From contig CAWJET010000001.1 of assembly GCA_963842085.1 (NCBI GenBank), positions 1,152,001 to 1,216,000 on the forward strand: 64,000 nt of DNA. The letters run 5' to 3'. Source of the DNA: an uncultured delta proteobacterium. Its GTDB lineage: Bacteria; Desulfobacterota; Binatia; Binatales; Binataceae. The notes under the pieces are model-generated. The model worked only from the letters and a program-made list of their open reading frames with translations. It was not told where the DNA came from and searched no databases. This document shows positions 52,883 through 61,619 of this stretch, piece after piece. The position numbers and the translations under genes were made by a program. Numbering within the stretch: the stretch's first letter is position 1; each line of letters starts with the position of its first letter.

Positions 52883-53950
52883 GTGATTAGCAACGATTCG
52901 CCCCGTGTGATCGGAACCGGCACTGCCTTACCCGCCAACTACGTCGATCAGGAACAACTGAGTTCACGCCTGCGCGAGTTATGGGAGCGGCGCTATTCGG
53001 ATTTGCGCCGCTTCGACAAAATCCAGGGCGCGCTCGGAATCACCGGGCGCCATCTTGCCCTGCCGATCGAGGAGTACATCCCGCTCGACACCTTCGCCAA
53101 GACCAACGACGCGTGGCTGCGCGCTGCACCCGAGGTCGGCAAGGCAGCGGCGGAAGTAGCGCTCGAACGAGCCGGGCTGAAGCCTCGCGACGTCGATCAT
53201 CTGTTCTTCGTCACCGTCACCGGTATCGCCGTTCCGAGCATCGACACGCGCATAATCAGCGCACTCGGGATGCGCAAGGAAATCAAGCGCACTCCGATCT
53301 TCGGGCTCGGATGCGTCGCAGGAGCGGCCGGCACGGCGCGCGCCGCCGACTACATCCGCGCCTATCCGTCGGAAGTCGCGATGCTGCTGTCGGTCGAGTT
53401 GTGCTCGCTCACGCTGCAGCGCGAGGATCTTTCGATCGCCAATATCATCGCGTCGGGCCTCTTCGGTGACGGTGCGGCCGCGATGCTGATCGGCGGCAAT
53501 GCGCCGGCGGCGGCCGGTCCACAGGTGATCGCGACGCGCTCGCTCGTTTTCCCGAACACCGAAGAAATTCTCGGCTGGGAAATAGTCGACAGCGGCTTCA
53601 AGATCGTCTTGTCATCGAAACTCACCGACCTCGTCCGCGCCAATATCCTCGACGAAGTTGATTCTTTCCTGGCGACGCAACAAATCGGCCGCGCGCACAT
53701 CAAGCACTGGATCGCGCACGCCGGCGGCCCCAAGGTGCTCGAGACCCTCGAAGGCGCGCTCGTTCTCCCCGAGGCCGCGCTGGCGCGTTCGTGGCGCTCG
53801 CTGCAATCGGTCGGAAACCTCTCGTCCGCGTCCGTGATGTTTATCCTCGACGAACTGCTCGAGGATAACGAAGCCGCGCCCGGCGACTACGGCCTGATCA
53901 TCGGCATGGGTCCCGGGTTCTCCGTCGAGCTGGTACTTCTTAAGTGGTGA
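52883..53950 (+). CDS. type III polyketide synthase (chalcone synthase-like)
   Basis: Cys-His-Asn triad: GLGCVAG, HAGGPKV and GNLSSAS; also LFGDGAAA and GPGF. Confidence 0.93.
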   Translation: MISNDSPRVIGTGTALPANYVDQEQLSSRLRELWERRYSDLRRFDKIQGALGITGRHLALPIEEYIPLDTFAKTNDAWLRAAPEVGKAAAEVALERAGLKPRDVDHLFFVTVTGIAVPSIDTRIISALGMRKEIKRTPIFGLGCVAGAAGTARAADYIRAYPSEVAMLLSVELCSLTLQREDLSIANIIASGLFGDGAAAMLIGGNAPAAAGPQVIATRSLVFPNTEEILGWEIVDSGFKIVLSSKLTDLVRANILDEVDSFLATQQIGRAHIKHWIAHAGGPKVLETLEGALVLPEAALARSWRSLQSVGNLSSASVMFILDELLEDNEAAPGDYGLIIGMGPGFSVELVLLKW

Positions 53951-53960
53951 CCGGGCTTAC

Positions 53961-54533
53961 GTGGTGATCTCGCTCCGCACCTATCTGCTCATCCTTGCGA
54001 TCCTGGTCATCGAGCGGATGTTCGAGCTTGATCGCGCTCGTCGCAATGCGCGCCGGGCGTTCCGGCACGGAGCGGTCGAAGTCGGGCAGGCGCACTACCG
54101 CGTGATGGTCGCATTTCACGCGCTGTTCATCGTGTCATGCGCGGTCGAGGCCACCTTGTTCCCGCACGCGTTTGCGCCGGTCGTCGCATGGCTCGCGCTA
54201 TGCGCTGAAATTGCCGCACAAGCGCTTCGCTACTGGGCGGTCGCGACGCTCGGCGATCGATGGAGCACGCGAATCATCGTGAGTCCCGACCGCGCGCCCG
54301 CGACCAACGGCCCCTATCGCTTCATGCGCCATCCCAACTATCTCGCCGTCGTCATCGAGATCGCGGCCGTGCCGATGATCGGCGGCGCACTCTTCACGGC
54401 GATCGCATTCTCCATCGGCAACGCCCTGATTCTCGCCGTGCGAATTCCGGCCGAGGAGCGCGCGATGGGAGGGCGCTACGCCGACGCACTCGGCTCGCGC
54501 CGCCGTTTCTTCCCCAGCTTGCGCCACGGCTAA
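53961..54533 (+). CDS. isoprenylcysteine carboxyl methyltransferase family protein (BpsB/SrsB-like)
   Basis: GAVEVG..HY, GPYRFMRHPNY and RIPAEE motifs; adjacent to the type III PKS. Confidence 0.9.
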   Translation: MVISLRTYLLILAILVIERMFELDRARRNARRAFRHGAVEVGQAHYRVMVAFHALFIVSCAVEATLFPHAFAPVVAWLALCAEIAAQALRYWAVATLGDRWSTRIIVSPDRAPATNGPYRFMRHPNYLAVVIEIAAVPMIGGALFTAIAFSIGNALILAVRIPAEERAMGGRYADALGSRRRFFPSLRHG

Positions 54534-54542
54534 GATAGTCCG

Positions 54543-55220
54543 GTGTTTTTCGCGCCGTTCCTCGCCTTCTACGCGATCGTCTTCTTCTTCGTTCTGGCGT
54601 TTTTTTTCGTCCTGCTGGAAATCCACGTCATCACCTACGCTTTTGTTACAATCGGCCTTCCGCCCGAGCTGGCCTTCACCGCCCTGCTCGTGAGTCTAAT
54701 CGGCAGCTACATCAATATTCCCATCATGCGCGTTGCCGGCGGCCAGCCGCACCCCGACGCCGTGGTTCGCAGTTTCGGTGTTAGCTATAGGGTGCCGGTT
54801 CGTTACGCCACCGACTCGACGATTGTCGCCATAAATGTCGGCGGTGCGATCGTTCCCGTCCTGATCTCGGCGTACTTGCTGATGCAAATGCCCGCGATAA
54901 TCGTGCCGGCGTTGCTAGGAATCGCGATCGTTACGGTTATCGTCCATGGTTTCGCGAGGCCGGTGCCCGGGTTGGGAATCGCGACGCCGATGCTGATTCC
55001 GCCGATCGTCGCCGCCGCCTGCGGCTACTTTCTCGGCTCTTCGCAGCATCATCGCGACGCCGTCGCATTCATCAGCGGCGTGATCGGCACTCTCATCGGC
55101 GCCGATTTGCTCAACCTGCACAAGTTGCGAGATCTGGGTGCACCGGTCGCCTCGATCGGCGGTGCCGGCACCTTCGACGGAATCTTCCTGACCGGAATCG
55201 TCGCGGTGCTGCTGGCGTGA
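54543..55220 (+). CDS. DUF1614-family membrane protein
   Basis: GSYINIP, AINVGGAIVP, GTLIGADLLNL and SIGGAGTFDGIFLTG motifs. Confidence 0.85.
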   Translation: MFFAPFLAFYAIVFFFVLAFFFVLLEIHVITYAFVTIGLPPELAFTALLVSLIGSYINIPIMRVAGGQPHPDAVVRSFGVSYRVPVRYATDSTIVAINVGGAIVPVLISAYLLMQMPAIIVPALLGIAIVTVIVHGFARPVPGLGIATPMLIPPIVAAACGYFLGSSQHHRDAVAFISGVIGTLIGADLLNLHKLRDLGAPVASIGGAGTFDGIFLTGIVAVLLA

Positions 55221-55271
55221 GCGGCCGAATCTACTCCAATCCGGGCTGTCCATTGCCACAATATCGCGTTA

Positions 55272-55296
55272 CAATGGTTCCAAAATGGAACCATTG
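55272..55296. promoter_or_regulatory. perfect inverted repeat, likely antitoxin operator
   Basis: CAATGGTTCCA-aaa-TGGAACCATTG directly upstream of the TA pair. Confidence 0.7.
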
Positions 55297-55313
55297 CCGG
55301 AGAGTCTCGGGCT

Positions 55314-55547
55314 ATGACTGTAACTCTCTCGATTAAAAAAGTTCCTGAAAAGCTGGTCAAACGACTCAGGCGCAAGGCCGCGATTCATCGGCGTTCGCTC
55401 CAGGGTGAGTTGATGGCCGTTCTGGAAGAGGCGGCTTCGCCAACCCATCTGACGGTTGATGAACTGCGACAAGCGGTCCGGCGGTTCGGGCCCCCCGTTT
55501 CCGGGAACAGCACGGAAATGATTCGCGAAGATCGCGATGCCCGATAA
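55314..55547 (+). CDS. ribbon-helix-helix antitoxin (FitA/Arc-like)
   Basis: TLSIKKVP...LRRKA..HRRSLQGE...IREDRD. Confidence 0.85.
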   Translation: MTVTLSIKKVPEKLVKRLRRKAAIHRRSLQGELMAVLEEAASPTHLTVDELRQAVRRFGPPVSGNSTEMIREDRDAR

Positions 55548-55920
55548 GGTAGTTGATGCCTCCGTGATCGCAGCGCTGGCGTTCCAGGAATCGCGGGCAG
55601 AAGAAGCCCGGAATTTGCTTGGTAACGCGAGTCTCTTCGCGCCTGAAATACTTCCATATGAATTGGCAAGCGTGGCCTTGAAAAAAACCAGGCTCCTGCC
55701 ATCGCGACGACTCGATATCGCATCGCGGCTGCGCGCCGCGCTTTCACTGGAAGTCGAGCTGGTTCCGATGGCGCCGCTTGAACTGCTCAAACTCGCGCTT
55801 GAAACCGAGCTCACGGTCTATGACGCTGCCTATCTTCAAACCGCGCGACGACTCGGATGCACTCTCGTGACGTTCGACACAGAGCTTGCACGTCACGCTC
55901 GGCGCATCACGCCGGCTTGA
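55537..55920 (+). CDS. vapC: VapC-family PIN toxin
   Basis: VVDASV, LTVYDAAYL and LVTFD motifs; overlaps the antitoxin. Confidence 0.9.
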   Translation: MPDKVVDASVIAALAFQESRAEEARNLLGNASLFAPEILPYELASVALKKTRLLPSRRLDIASRLRAALSLEVELVPMAPLELLKLALETELTVYDAAYLQTARRLGCTLVTFDTELARHARRITPA

Positions 55921-56308
55921 ACTTCACCAGCGTGCACTCAGGCGTCACGTCGTCGAAGAAAACCTGAACCGGCATCTCGACGCGTATTTGCTCCGGCGGT
56001 GCGACGATATTGCTCGTCATGCGCGGGCCCTCGGCCAGCTCGACGATCGCCAGCACGTAGGGCGCGTCCGCAAACGCCCGGCTCGACGCCCGCCGCACTA
56101 CGGTGTAGCTGTACACCTTGCCGCGCCCGCTCACGCGCTCCCACGCCAGCTTGTCCGAGAAACATTTCGGGCATCGATCGCGCGGATAGTAGATGTACGC
56201 GCGGCATGCGCCGCATCGTTGAAGCGTCAACTCGTGGCGCCGCGCGGCTTCCCAGAACGGACGGCTCGTTGGTGACGGCTTCGGAAGCGGTTTGTAGTAC
56301 TCGCTCAT
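55907..56308 (-). CDS. Zn-ribbon OB-fold protein (DUF35/ChsH2-like)
   Basis: QRCGAC...YYPR..CPKC, G.VYSYTV and ELAEGPRM motifs. Confidence 0.9.
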   Translation of the reverse strand: MSEYYKPLPKPSPTSRPFWEAARRHELTLQRCGACRAYIYYPRDRCPKCFSDKLAWERVSGRGKVYSYTVVRRASSRAFADAPYVLAIVELAEGPRMTSNIVAPPEQIRVEMPVQVFFDDVTPECTLVKFKPA

Positions 56309-57462
56309 GATCTGCGCTCCAGCACGAGACTCACCTGCTCGCTCATGATACCGCCGTTGCCGTTGACGTAGCCGAGCGCCGCGCCCTTGACCTGGCGCTC
56401 GCCGCCGCGCCCCATCAATTGTCTTATCGCTTCCGTCGCGTGACTCATGCCGCCCGCCAGCCCCGGCTGGCCGAACGACAACTGCCCGCCATGCGTATTA
56501 CACGGAAAGTCGCCCGCATACGTCAGGTCGTGCTCCATGACGAACGGCCCGCCCTGCCCCTTCTTGCAAAAGCCCGCGTCCTCGAGCGTGACGATCACGG
56601 TGATCGTGTAGCAGTCGTACGGACACACCAGGTCCATGTCCTTCGGCTGCAGCCCCGCCATCTTGAATGCGTTCTCTGCCGCCGGCTTGATCGGCGACTC
56701 CGTGATCGACGGCGCATAGGTGATCGTCGAGTGATTGGCGTACTCGCCGGCGCCGAGCAACCATATCGGCGGATTCTTCGCCCGCTTCGCCACTTCGGGT
56801 GAGGCGACGATTATCGCGGCGCCGCCGCTCACCGGGCTCACGATTTCATATAGATGAAGCGGATCGACAATCATCCGTGAATTCAGCACCTCGTCGATCG
56901 TAAGCGCTTTGTCATTGAACGTCGCGAGCGGATTCTTGAGCGCGCTGGTCCGCTGATCGACCGCGACTTTCGCCATCTGCCGCGCCGTAGTGCCGTACTC
57001 ATGCATATGGCGATGCGCGATCATCGCATAGCCGCAATTCGCGCCGATGTTTCCATACGGCGCCTCGAACTCGCGCTGCACCGATACCACCGGCGGGCGC
57101 TGGTCTCCGGCTTTGTTCAAATCCGCGACGATGCACAGCACCGCGCTGCACATCCCCGCATCGATTGCTGCCGCCGCGCGCCAGATCATCCCGGCCGGAC
57201 TCGCGCCGCCGATATCGACCTGGTTCAGCATCCGCACGTTGAGCCCGAGCACCTCGGCTGCGCTCGCCGGGTAAATCATCCCGGGGTCCGAAAACGGCAC
57301 GCCGACCAGGAAGCCGTCGATATCTTTTTTCTCCAGCCCGGCGTCCGCGATCGCCTCGGCCGCTACCCGCGCCATCAGCCCGAGCGCGGTCAGGTCGCCG
57401 GGCTCCTTGAGCGGTTTGAGTTCGCCAATTCCGATCGCCGCGGCTTTTCCCTTCAAGCTCAT
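56305..57462 (-). CDS. thiolase-like protein (SCP2/Ltp2-type)
   Basis: YDCYTITV, NTHGGQLS and EAIRQL motifs; partner DUF35 gene coupled downstream. Confidence 0.88.
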   Translation of the reverse strand: MSLKGKAAAIGIGELKPLKEPGDLTALGLMARVAAEAIADAGLEKKDIDGFLVGVPFSDPGMIYPASAAEVLGLNVRMLNQVDIGGASPAGMIWRAAAAIDAGMCSAVLCIVADLNKAGDQRPPVVSVQREFEAPYGNIGANCGYAMIAHRHMHEYGTTARQMAKVAVDQRTSALKNPLATFNDKALTIDEVLNSRMIVDPLHLYEIVSPVSGGAAIIVASPEVAKRAKNPPIWLLGAGEYANHSTITYAPSITESPIKPAAENAFKMAGLQPKDMDLVCPYDCYTITVIVTLEDAGFCKKGQGGPFVMEHDLTYAGDFPCNTHGGQLSFGQPGLAGGMSHATEAIRQLMGRGGERQVKGAALGYVNGNGGIMSEQVSLVLERRS

Positions 57463-57599
57463 TGCATCGACTCCCGCGTTTTCGTTTCCCGCATCACGCT
57501 TACGACTACCACAAATCGCGTCTCGCGAGTTCGCCGCCGCGCGGTTCAATTCGGTGAAAAAATCTTATAGCTTTGTTCGTTCGAGGTGCTTTTAGCGAA

Positions 57600-57779
57600 A
57601 TGGCATTTATCATCTGTGACGATCACAACGTTGATGTCGAAGCCGACGGAATCGACAACGCAGTCGCGAAGCAGCTGATGCTGACCGACGAAAAACCCGG
57701 CGCGACCCCGCGCGAAAAAGAGATCATCGAGTTCGGCATCAAGCATCGCAACTGCAACGTCCGCATTCTCGCCGGCTAG
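57600..57779 (+). CDS. small hypothetical protein (59 aa)
   Basis: GAGG upstream, GC-rich third codon positions, C..H and H..C possible metal ligands. Confidence 0.55.
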   Translation: MAFIICDDHNVDVEADGIDNAVAKQLMLTDEKPGATPREKEIIEFGIKHRNCNVRILAG

Positions 57780-57905
57780 TTGAGATTCGATCCGGGTCGG
57801 CGATGCGCTCGCCGACCAGGTGCCCCGATCGCCGCTTTCACACGCCCGCGCGCATTTTACGCATCCGATGTTGACCGGCTGACCAACCGGCGGATACACT
57901 GCCGA

Positions 57906-57982
57906 GGCGGGGTGGAGCAGTCTGGTAGCTCGCCGGGCTCATAACCCGGAGGTCGAAGGTTCAAATCCTTCCCCCGCAACCA
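57906..57982 (+). tRNA. tRNA-fMet (CAT), initiator
   Basis: GGCGGGGTGGAGCAG...CCGGG-CTCATAA-CCCGG...GGTTCAAATCC...CCCCGCAACCA; three G-C anticodon-stem pairs, 1:72 mismatch, encoded CCA. Confidence 0.96.
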
Positions 57983-58852
57983 CGAATTCCACAATTCTGA
58001 TCGGCACTTACGAGAAGCGCGTAAGTGCAGACAGTCGCCGCCGCTATCGCCGGTGCCGGTTCTGGTGCCGGTTCCAAATCAGCGAATACCAGGAAGTATA
58101 TGGCCCGTAGCAGCCATCGCATAATTGAACCTTGATGACAGTCCAGAGCCGATTGACCGCGTGATAGATGTTGCGAATGCTGCTCGGCTTGCCGTATCGA
58201 GCGCATTTATGCGGCGCTTTTCTGGTTCGCGGCGGCCTCAAGCAATTCCTCGACTGACCGTAGCCCCCGATTCGCCACGCCAGCGGCTATAGCGGCGCAC
58301 AGCCGTTGATGGCAGGTTTTCATCCGTATCGCTCTATATCACCTCATACGCATGTAGTCATTGTGCGCGAAGGGGTTCTCGTATTTTGGAAGGCACGACT
58401 TGTTGCCACCCAGTGATATCAAATGTGACCGAGGGTCCCCACAAAATCCCCCACAGTCGCATTCCGACCTCACGTCCAGCTAAGTCTGTAATGTGGAATG
58501 CCTCGCGCGAACGCTCTTGAGCGCCAATCCGTGGGCACAAACAGAGTTCTCCGGGCGCTTACGAGCTGATCCTCGGCTGCCCTCAATGAGGTTTGAATGA
58601 CGATGCTCTCGATCGGGGTCGCGGAACCGCGAAACTCGCGGCGGCATGGTTTCTCAATCATGGCGGTTTTTGACCCTTGCTCTCGGATGTGATTCCGCTC
58701 TTTTTTCATCAAACTGACGGTCGGGCATTGCACGGCGCCGATTTGCCGGCAGCAACGCCCTATGCTTTACAATTGAGTGCCTGTCTTCGAGGAATAAAAG
58801 ACGACACACGTTAACCTGCGGCGGTTGGCGGAACCGAACGGAGATGCCGATA

Positions 58853-59089
58853 ATGGGAAGCACTGTGCGCGCACGAGTCCACAAAGGCCGACTGGAGTTG
58901 ATCGACAAAGTTGATCTTCCGGAAGGCGCAGAAATCGCAGTGACGATCACTGAATCCGCTCCCGTGAGGGACTTTGACGCATTTCGCCGATCCGCAGGTT
59001 CATGGCGCGGCTTGGTGGACGCGGACAAACTGATTCGCAATATCTACCGTGACCGCTTGATTTCCCCCCGAAAGAAGCCGCGCCTATGA
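58853..59089 (+). CDS. antitoxin (DUF104/AF2212-like)
   Basis: TVRARVHKGRLELIDKVDLPEGAEI...AGSWRG; ATGA overlap with the PIN toxin. Confidence 0.75.
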   Translation: MGSTVRARVHKGRLELIDKVDLPEGAEIAVTITESAPVRDFDAFRRSAGSWRGLVDADKLIRNIYRDRLISPRKKPRL

Positions 59090-59436
59090 GCGTACGTTTC
59101 TTGGTAGACACCGATTGGGTGATTCATTGGTTGAACGGGCACGAGAAAATTCGTCGCCGCCTCGACGAGGTGAAAGAGCAAGGACTCGCCCTCTCGGTGA
59201 TATCGTTGGCGGAACTTTACGAAGGCATCTACTACGGCCAAAGCCGGAAGGCCGCCGAGCAAGGATTGAGGGACTTCCTGACTGGAGCGGATCTGCTCTC
59301 AATTGACCATGCGACCGCTGAGATCTTTGGCCGGGAGCGCGGTCGTTTGCGCGCCGCACGAAAAATCATTGGCGACTTCGACCTGATGATTGCCGCAACC
59401 GCACTCCACCACGGACTCACGCTACCGACTGAGTGA
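59086..59436 (+). pseudogene. vapC: VapC PIN toxin, C-terminally truncated
   Basis: FLVDTD, SLAELYEG and DLMIAATAL..GLTL, then stop before the expected T.N..HF segment. Confidence 0.75.
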
Positions 59437-60026
59437 GAGTGATCGTGATTCGGTCGCCCACCTGAACGCCTCGAAGTGTTGCTGGATTCGTCACGTGGAT
59501 GTTTTCTGTCGAACCATCGGGATCCTGCAGCGTGATGCGCTGATCGGCCTGGTCGATCGCCGATACAACGACGACGAGTTGGGTCTCCCGCGCAGCGGCA
59601 GCGCCGGGAACCTCACCGGGTTTCGCAGTCCATAGCCCGGCGGCCAAAGTGGCGACCGGTGGCTTATCGCTCGGCCCCTTGCCGACGATGCTTACAGATT
59701 CCGTAAATTGCGCTACGTAACGGTCACCAGCCTTCAGAGACTGCGGGTTGTATGGATTGTTGACAGTAAGGGTCACGTCCTTGCCACCCGGCCCCTGCAA
59801 TGTAACCTGCTTGCTAGCGGAATCGACGGTGACAATCTTGCCGTGGACGGTTATGACGGTCTCCGCCGCAATTCCAGTCGCGGGTGTCGCGCTCGGCGGC
59901 GCGGCAGTCTTTGATGGAACGCTTGACTGCGGCGAACTCTGCGTGTTGGCGCATCCAGCCAAACTTAGCACTAACCGTTACCAATACTGAGAGTCCAACC
60001 TTGGCGAGGTTGCTCATATTTTTCAT
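59417..60026 (-). pseudogene. lipoprotein with two beta-strand repeats; frameshifted signal peptide and probable 3' truncation
   Basis: MKNMSNLAKVGLSVLVT and LVLSLAGC are in different frames (extra base near 59975). Repeats IVTVD...VTLQGP and VSAID...ITLQDP. Ends abruptly at TQSVA*. Confidence 0.6.
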
Positions 60027-60238
60027 CAATCTACATGATAGTCTTCAGCCGGGATTTCCTTTGATGTCAACACGTTTCGGTGAACTCCGCGGCAAGTTGT
60101 TGCCCGTCGTTCGCAGCCGACCGTTTGCTCTGGGTCTAGACTGGCGTCAGGCGAAGGATGTGTCGACGACCTAGCCGTCTCCTTTCCCCGTGTATGCCAT
60201 CTCCAAAACAACCTTCAGACTGTCACCTTTCGCGAACT

Positions 60239-60556
60239 CTATTGCTTCATCACCATGACGCTGCCCTCTTTATCCAGATAGAGGCAATCGACCTGCTCCC
60301 CCGAATAGAATGCCCCGCAAATCGACTTATCAACGCCTGGGCATTTGTAAAGATTGGGCGCCGTCTGTTGGCATTGCGTGAGGTCGAAATGCAGTTTGGT
60401 CTGCAATTTGTTCTCAGACGCCTGCGACGGCGAAAATATGTAGCAGCCCGCCAACGTGATCGTCGCCGCCAAGATCATGATCGCGGCTACTCTGACCGAG
60501 AGCGCCCTGCGGCTGGTTACTTTTCCCTTCCCTTCACCAATCTGTTCGCCTAACAT
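60239..60556 (-). CDS. Cys-rich lipoprotein-like ORF, possibly chimeric
   Basis: Internal lipobox LAGC preceded by a 21-aa hydrophilic leader; four further cysteines. Confidence 0.5.
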   Translation of the reverse strand: MLGEQIGEGKGKVTSRRALSVRVAAIMILAATITLAGCYIFSPSQASENKLQTKLHFDLTQCQQTAPNLYKCPGVDKSICGAFYSGEQVDCLYLDKEGSVMVMKQ

Positions 60557-60705
60557 CGCTTTTTCCTTTTAGGGCGCTCTGAAGCCCTATTCGACGATAT
60601 CTTTCTTGAGGCTCTGGACGAAGGCGACTACATCGCGCTGTTTCGCGCTTCGACAGCCGCTCGCTCGCGGCCAACTCGAAACTTCGCACGCGAAGGAACT
60701 CCCGG

Positions 60706-61005
60706 CTAGTAGCGGGAGTCCACTCCCATTTCGTCGTCGTCGCTACGCGCCGACCCAACCCCGGTCGCGCGAAACAATAGCTTGGCGGCGAAAAGCTTTT
60801 CGCTGATGCGTCCCTGGGATTGGAGTTGGCCGCCATGCCGTTTGCAGTGCGGACATACCGTCGAACCGCTGAGAAGACTTGCGTTCTCGGGCGTTATTCT
60901 GAGATCAAACTTGAACCCGCAGCCGGGGTTCCGACAAACCGTGCGGTACACGATTCCATGGTTACCGGTTGTTCTGGACTCACGTCTGTTAACCGCTGTT
61001 TGCAT
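60706..61005 (-). CDS. small zinc-ribbon hypothetical protein
   Basis: AGGAGG RBS; CRNPGC...CPHC. Confidence 0.7.
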   Translation of the reverse strand: MQTAVNRRESRTTGNHGIVYRTVCRNPGCGFKFDLRITPENASLLSGSTVCPHCKRHGGQLQSQGRISEKLFAAKLLFRATGVGSARSDDDEMGVDSRY

Positions 61006-61077
61006 TTTAAATCCTCCTGCATCGCCTTACTCGGCGAGAAAGTCGCGGACGAAAATACTTTTCCCGACACCTTAGCT

Positions 61078-61093
61078 TGCAATTCGTTGACCG
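61078..61093 (-). promoter_or_regulatory. sigma54 (-24/-12) promoter candidate
   Basis: Minus strand reads CGGTCAACGAATTGCA (GG-N10-GC with TTGCA), about 70 nt upstream of the zinc-ribbon gene. Confidence 0.55.
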
Positions 61094-61160
61094 TAGTCCT
61101 CGTGCACTGTTAATGAATCGCGCCGTACTGCGGGCGCACGCAGCGGCATTGCACACAGTT

Positions 61161-61233
61161 TGCGCCACCGTTCCTAACTGGCGCAATTGGACCTTGGTCC
61201 ATTGGACCAAGGGGCATTGGACCTTTGTCCAAT
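61161..61233. repeat. operator-like array: TGCGCCA-N11-TGGCGCA plus three tandem 15-bp ATTGGACC repeats
   Basis: ATTGGACCTTGGTCC, ATTGGACCAAGGGGC and ATTGGACCTTTGTCC start at 61186, 61201 and 61216. Confidence 0.8.
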
Positions 61234-61619
61234 AGAACTAGATGTTCGATTTGGCTTACCTTCGAGGCGATCGTCGTCGGATCCAATTGACCGACCGGGA
61301 GAAGCTTCCACGCCGGCATCATTTCCTCAAATCACCCTTCGAACCCACCAGGAGAGACGACTACTATCATGCGCGCTCTGCCCGCGCCTTCATTGGAAAA
61401 AGAGTGGACCCGTCAACGAGCGCACCGGTTGGCGACCGCTCCTGGCCGTATCCGAAGGTGAGCCAGGGGTTCCGCCACCGAGTCTAGATGACCGATCTCT
61501 CGAGCTTGAGTCATGCCGGGCCGCATTACCCGCACACACCAACTCTCTAGTCTTTCGCCGCGTTTCGGCGTTTTCGGTAGCGATAACTATGATTCGCGCT
61601 CCATGTTGGAGGAACGGCG

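Noticed and set aside
57990-58800. Integrase remnant next to tRNA-fMet
   Set aside because: No tyrosine or serine recombinase motifs recognised in the provided ORFs, and no att duplication seen.
61186-61233. Possible CRISPR or iteron array
   Set aside because: The 15-bp units have no spacers and there is no rep or cas gene nearby; treated as an operator array.
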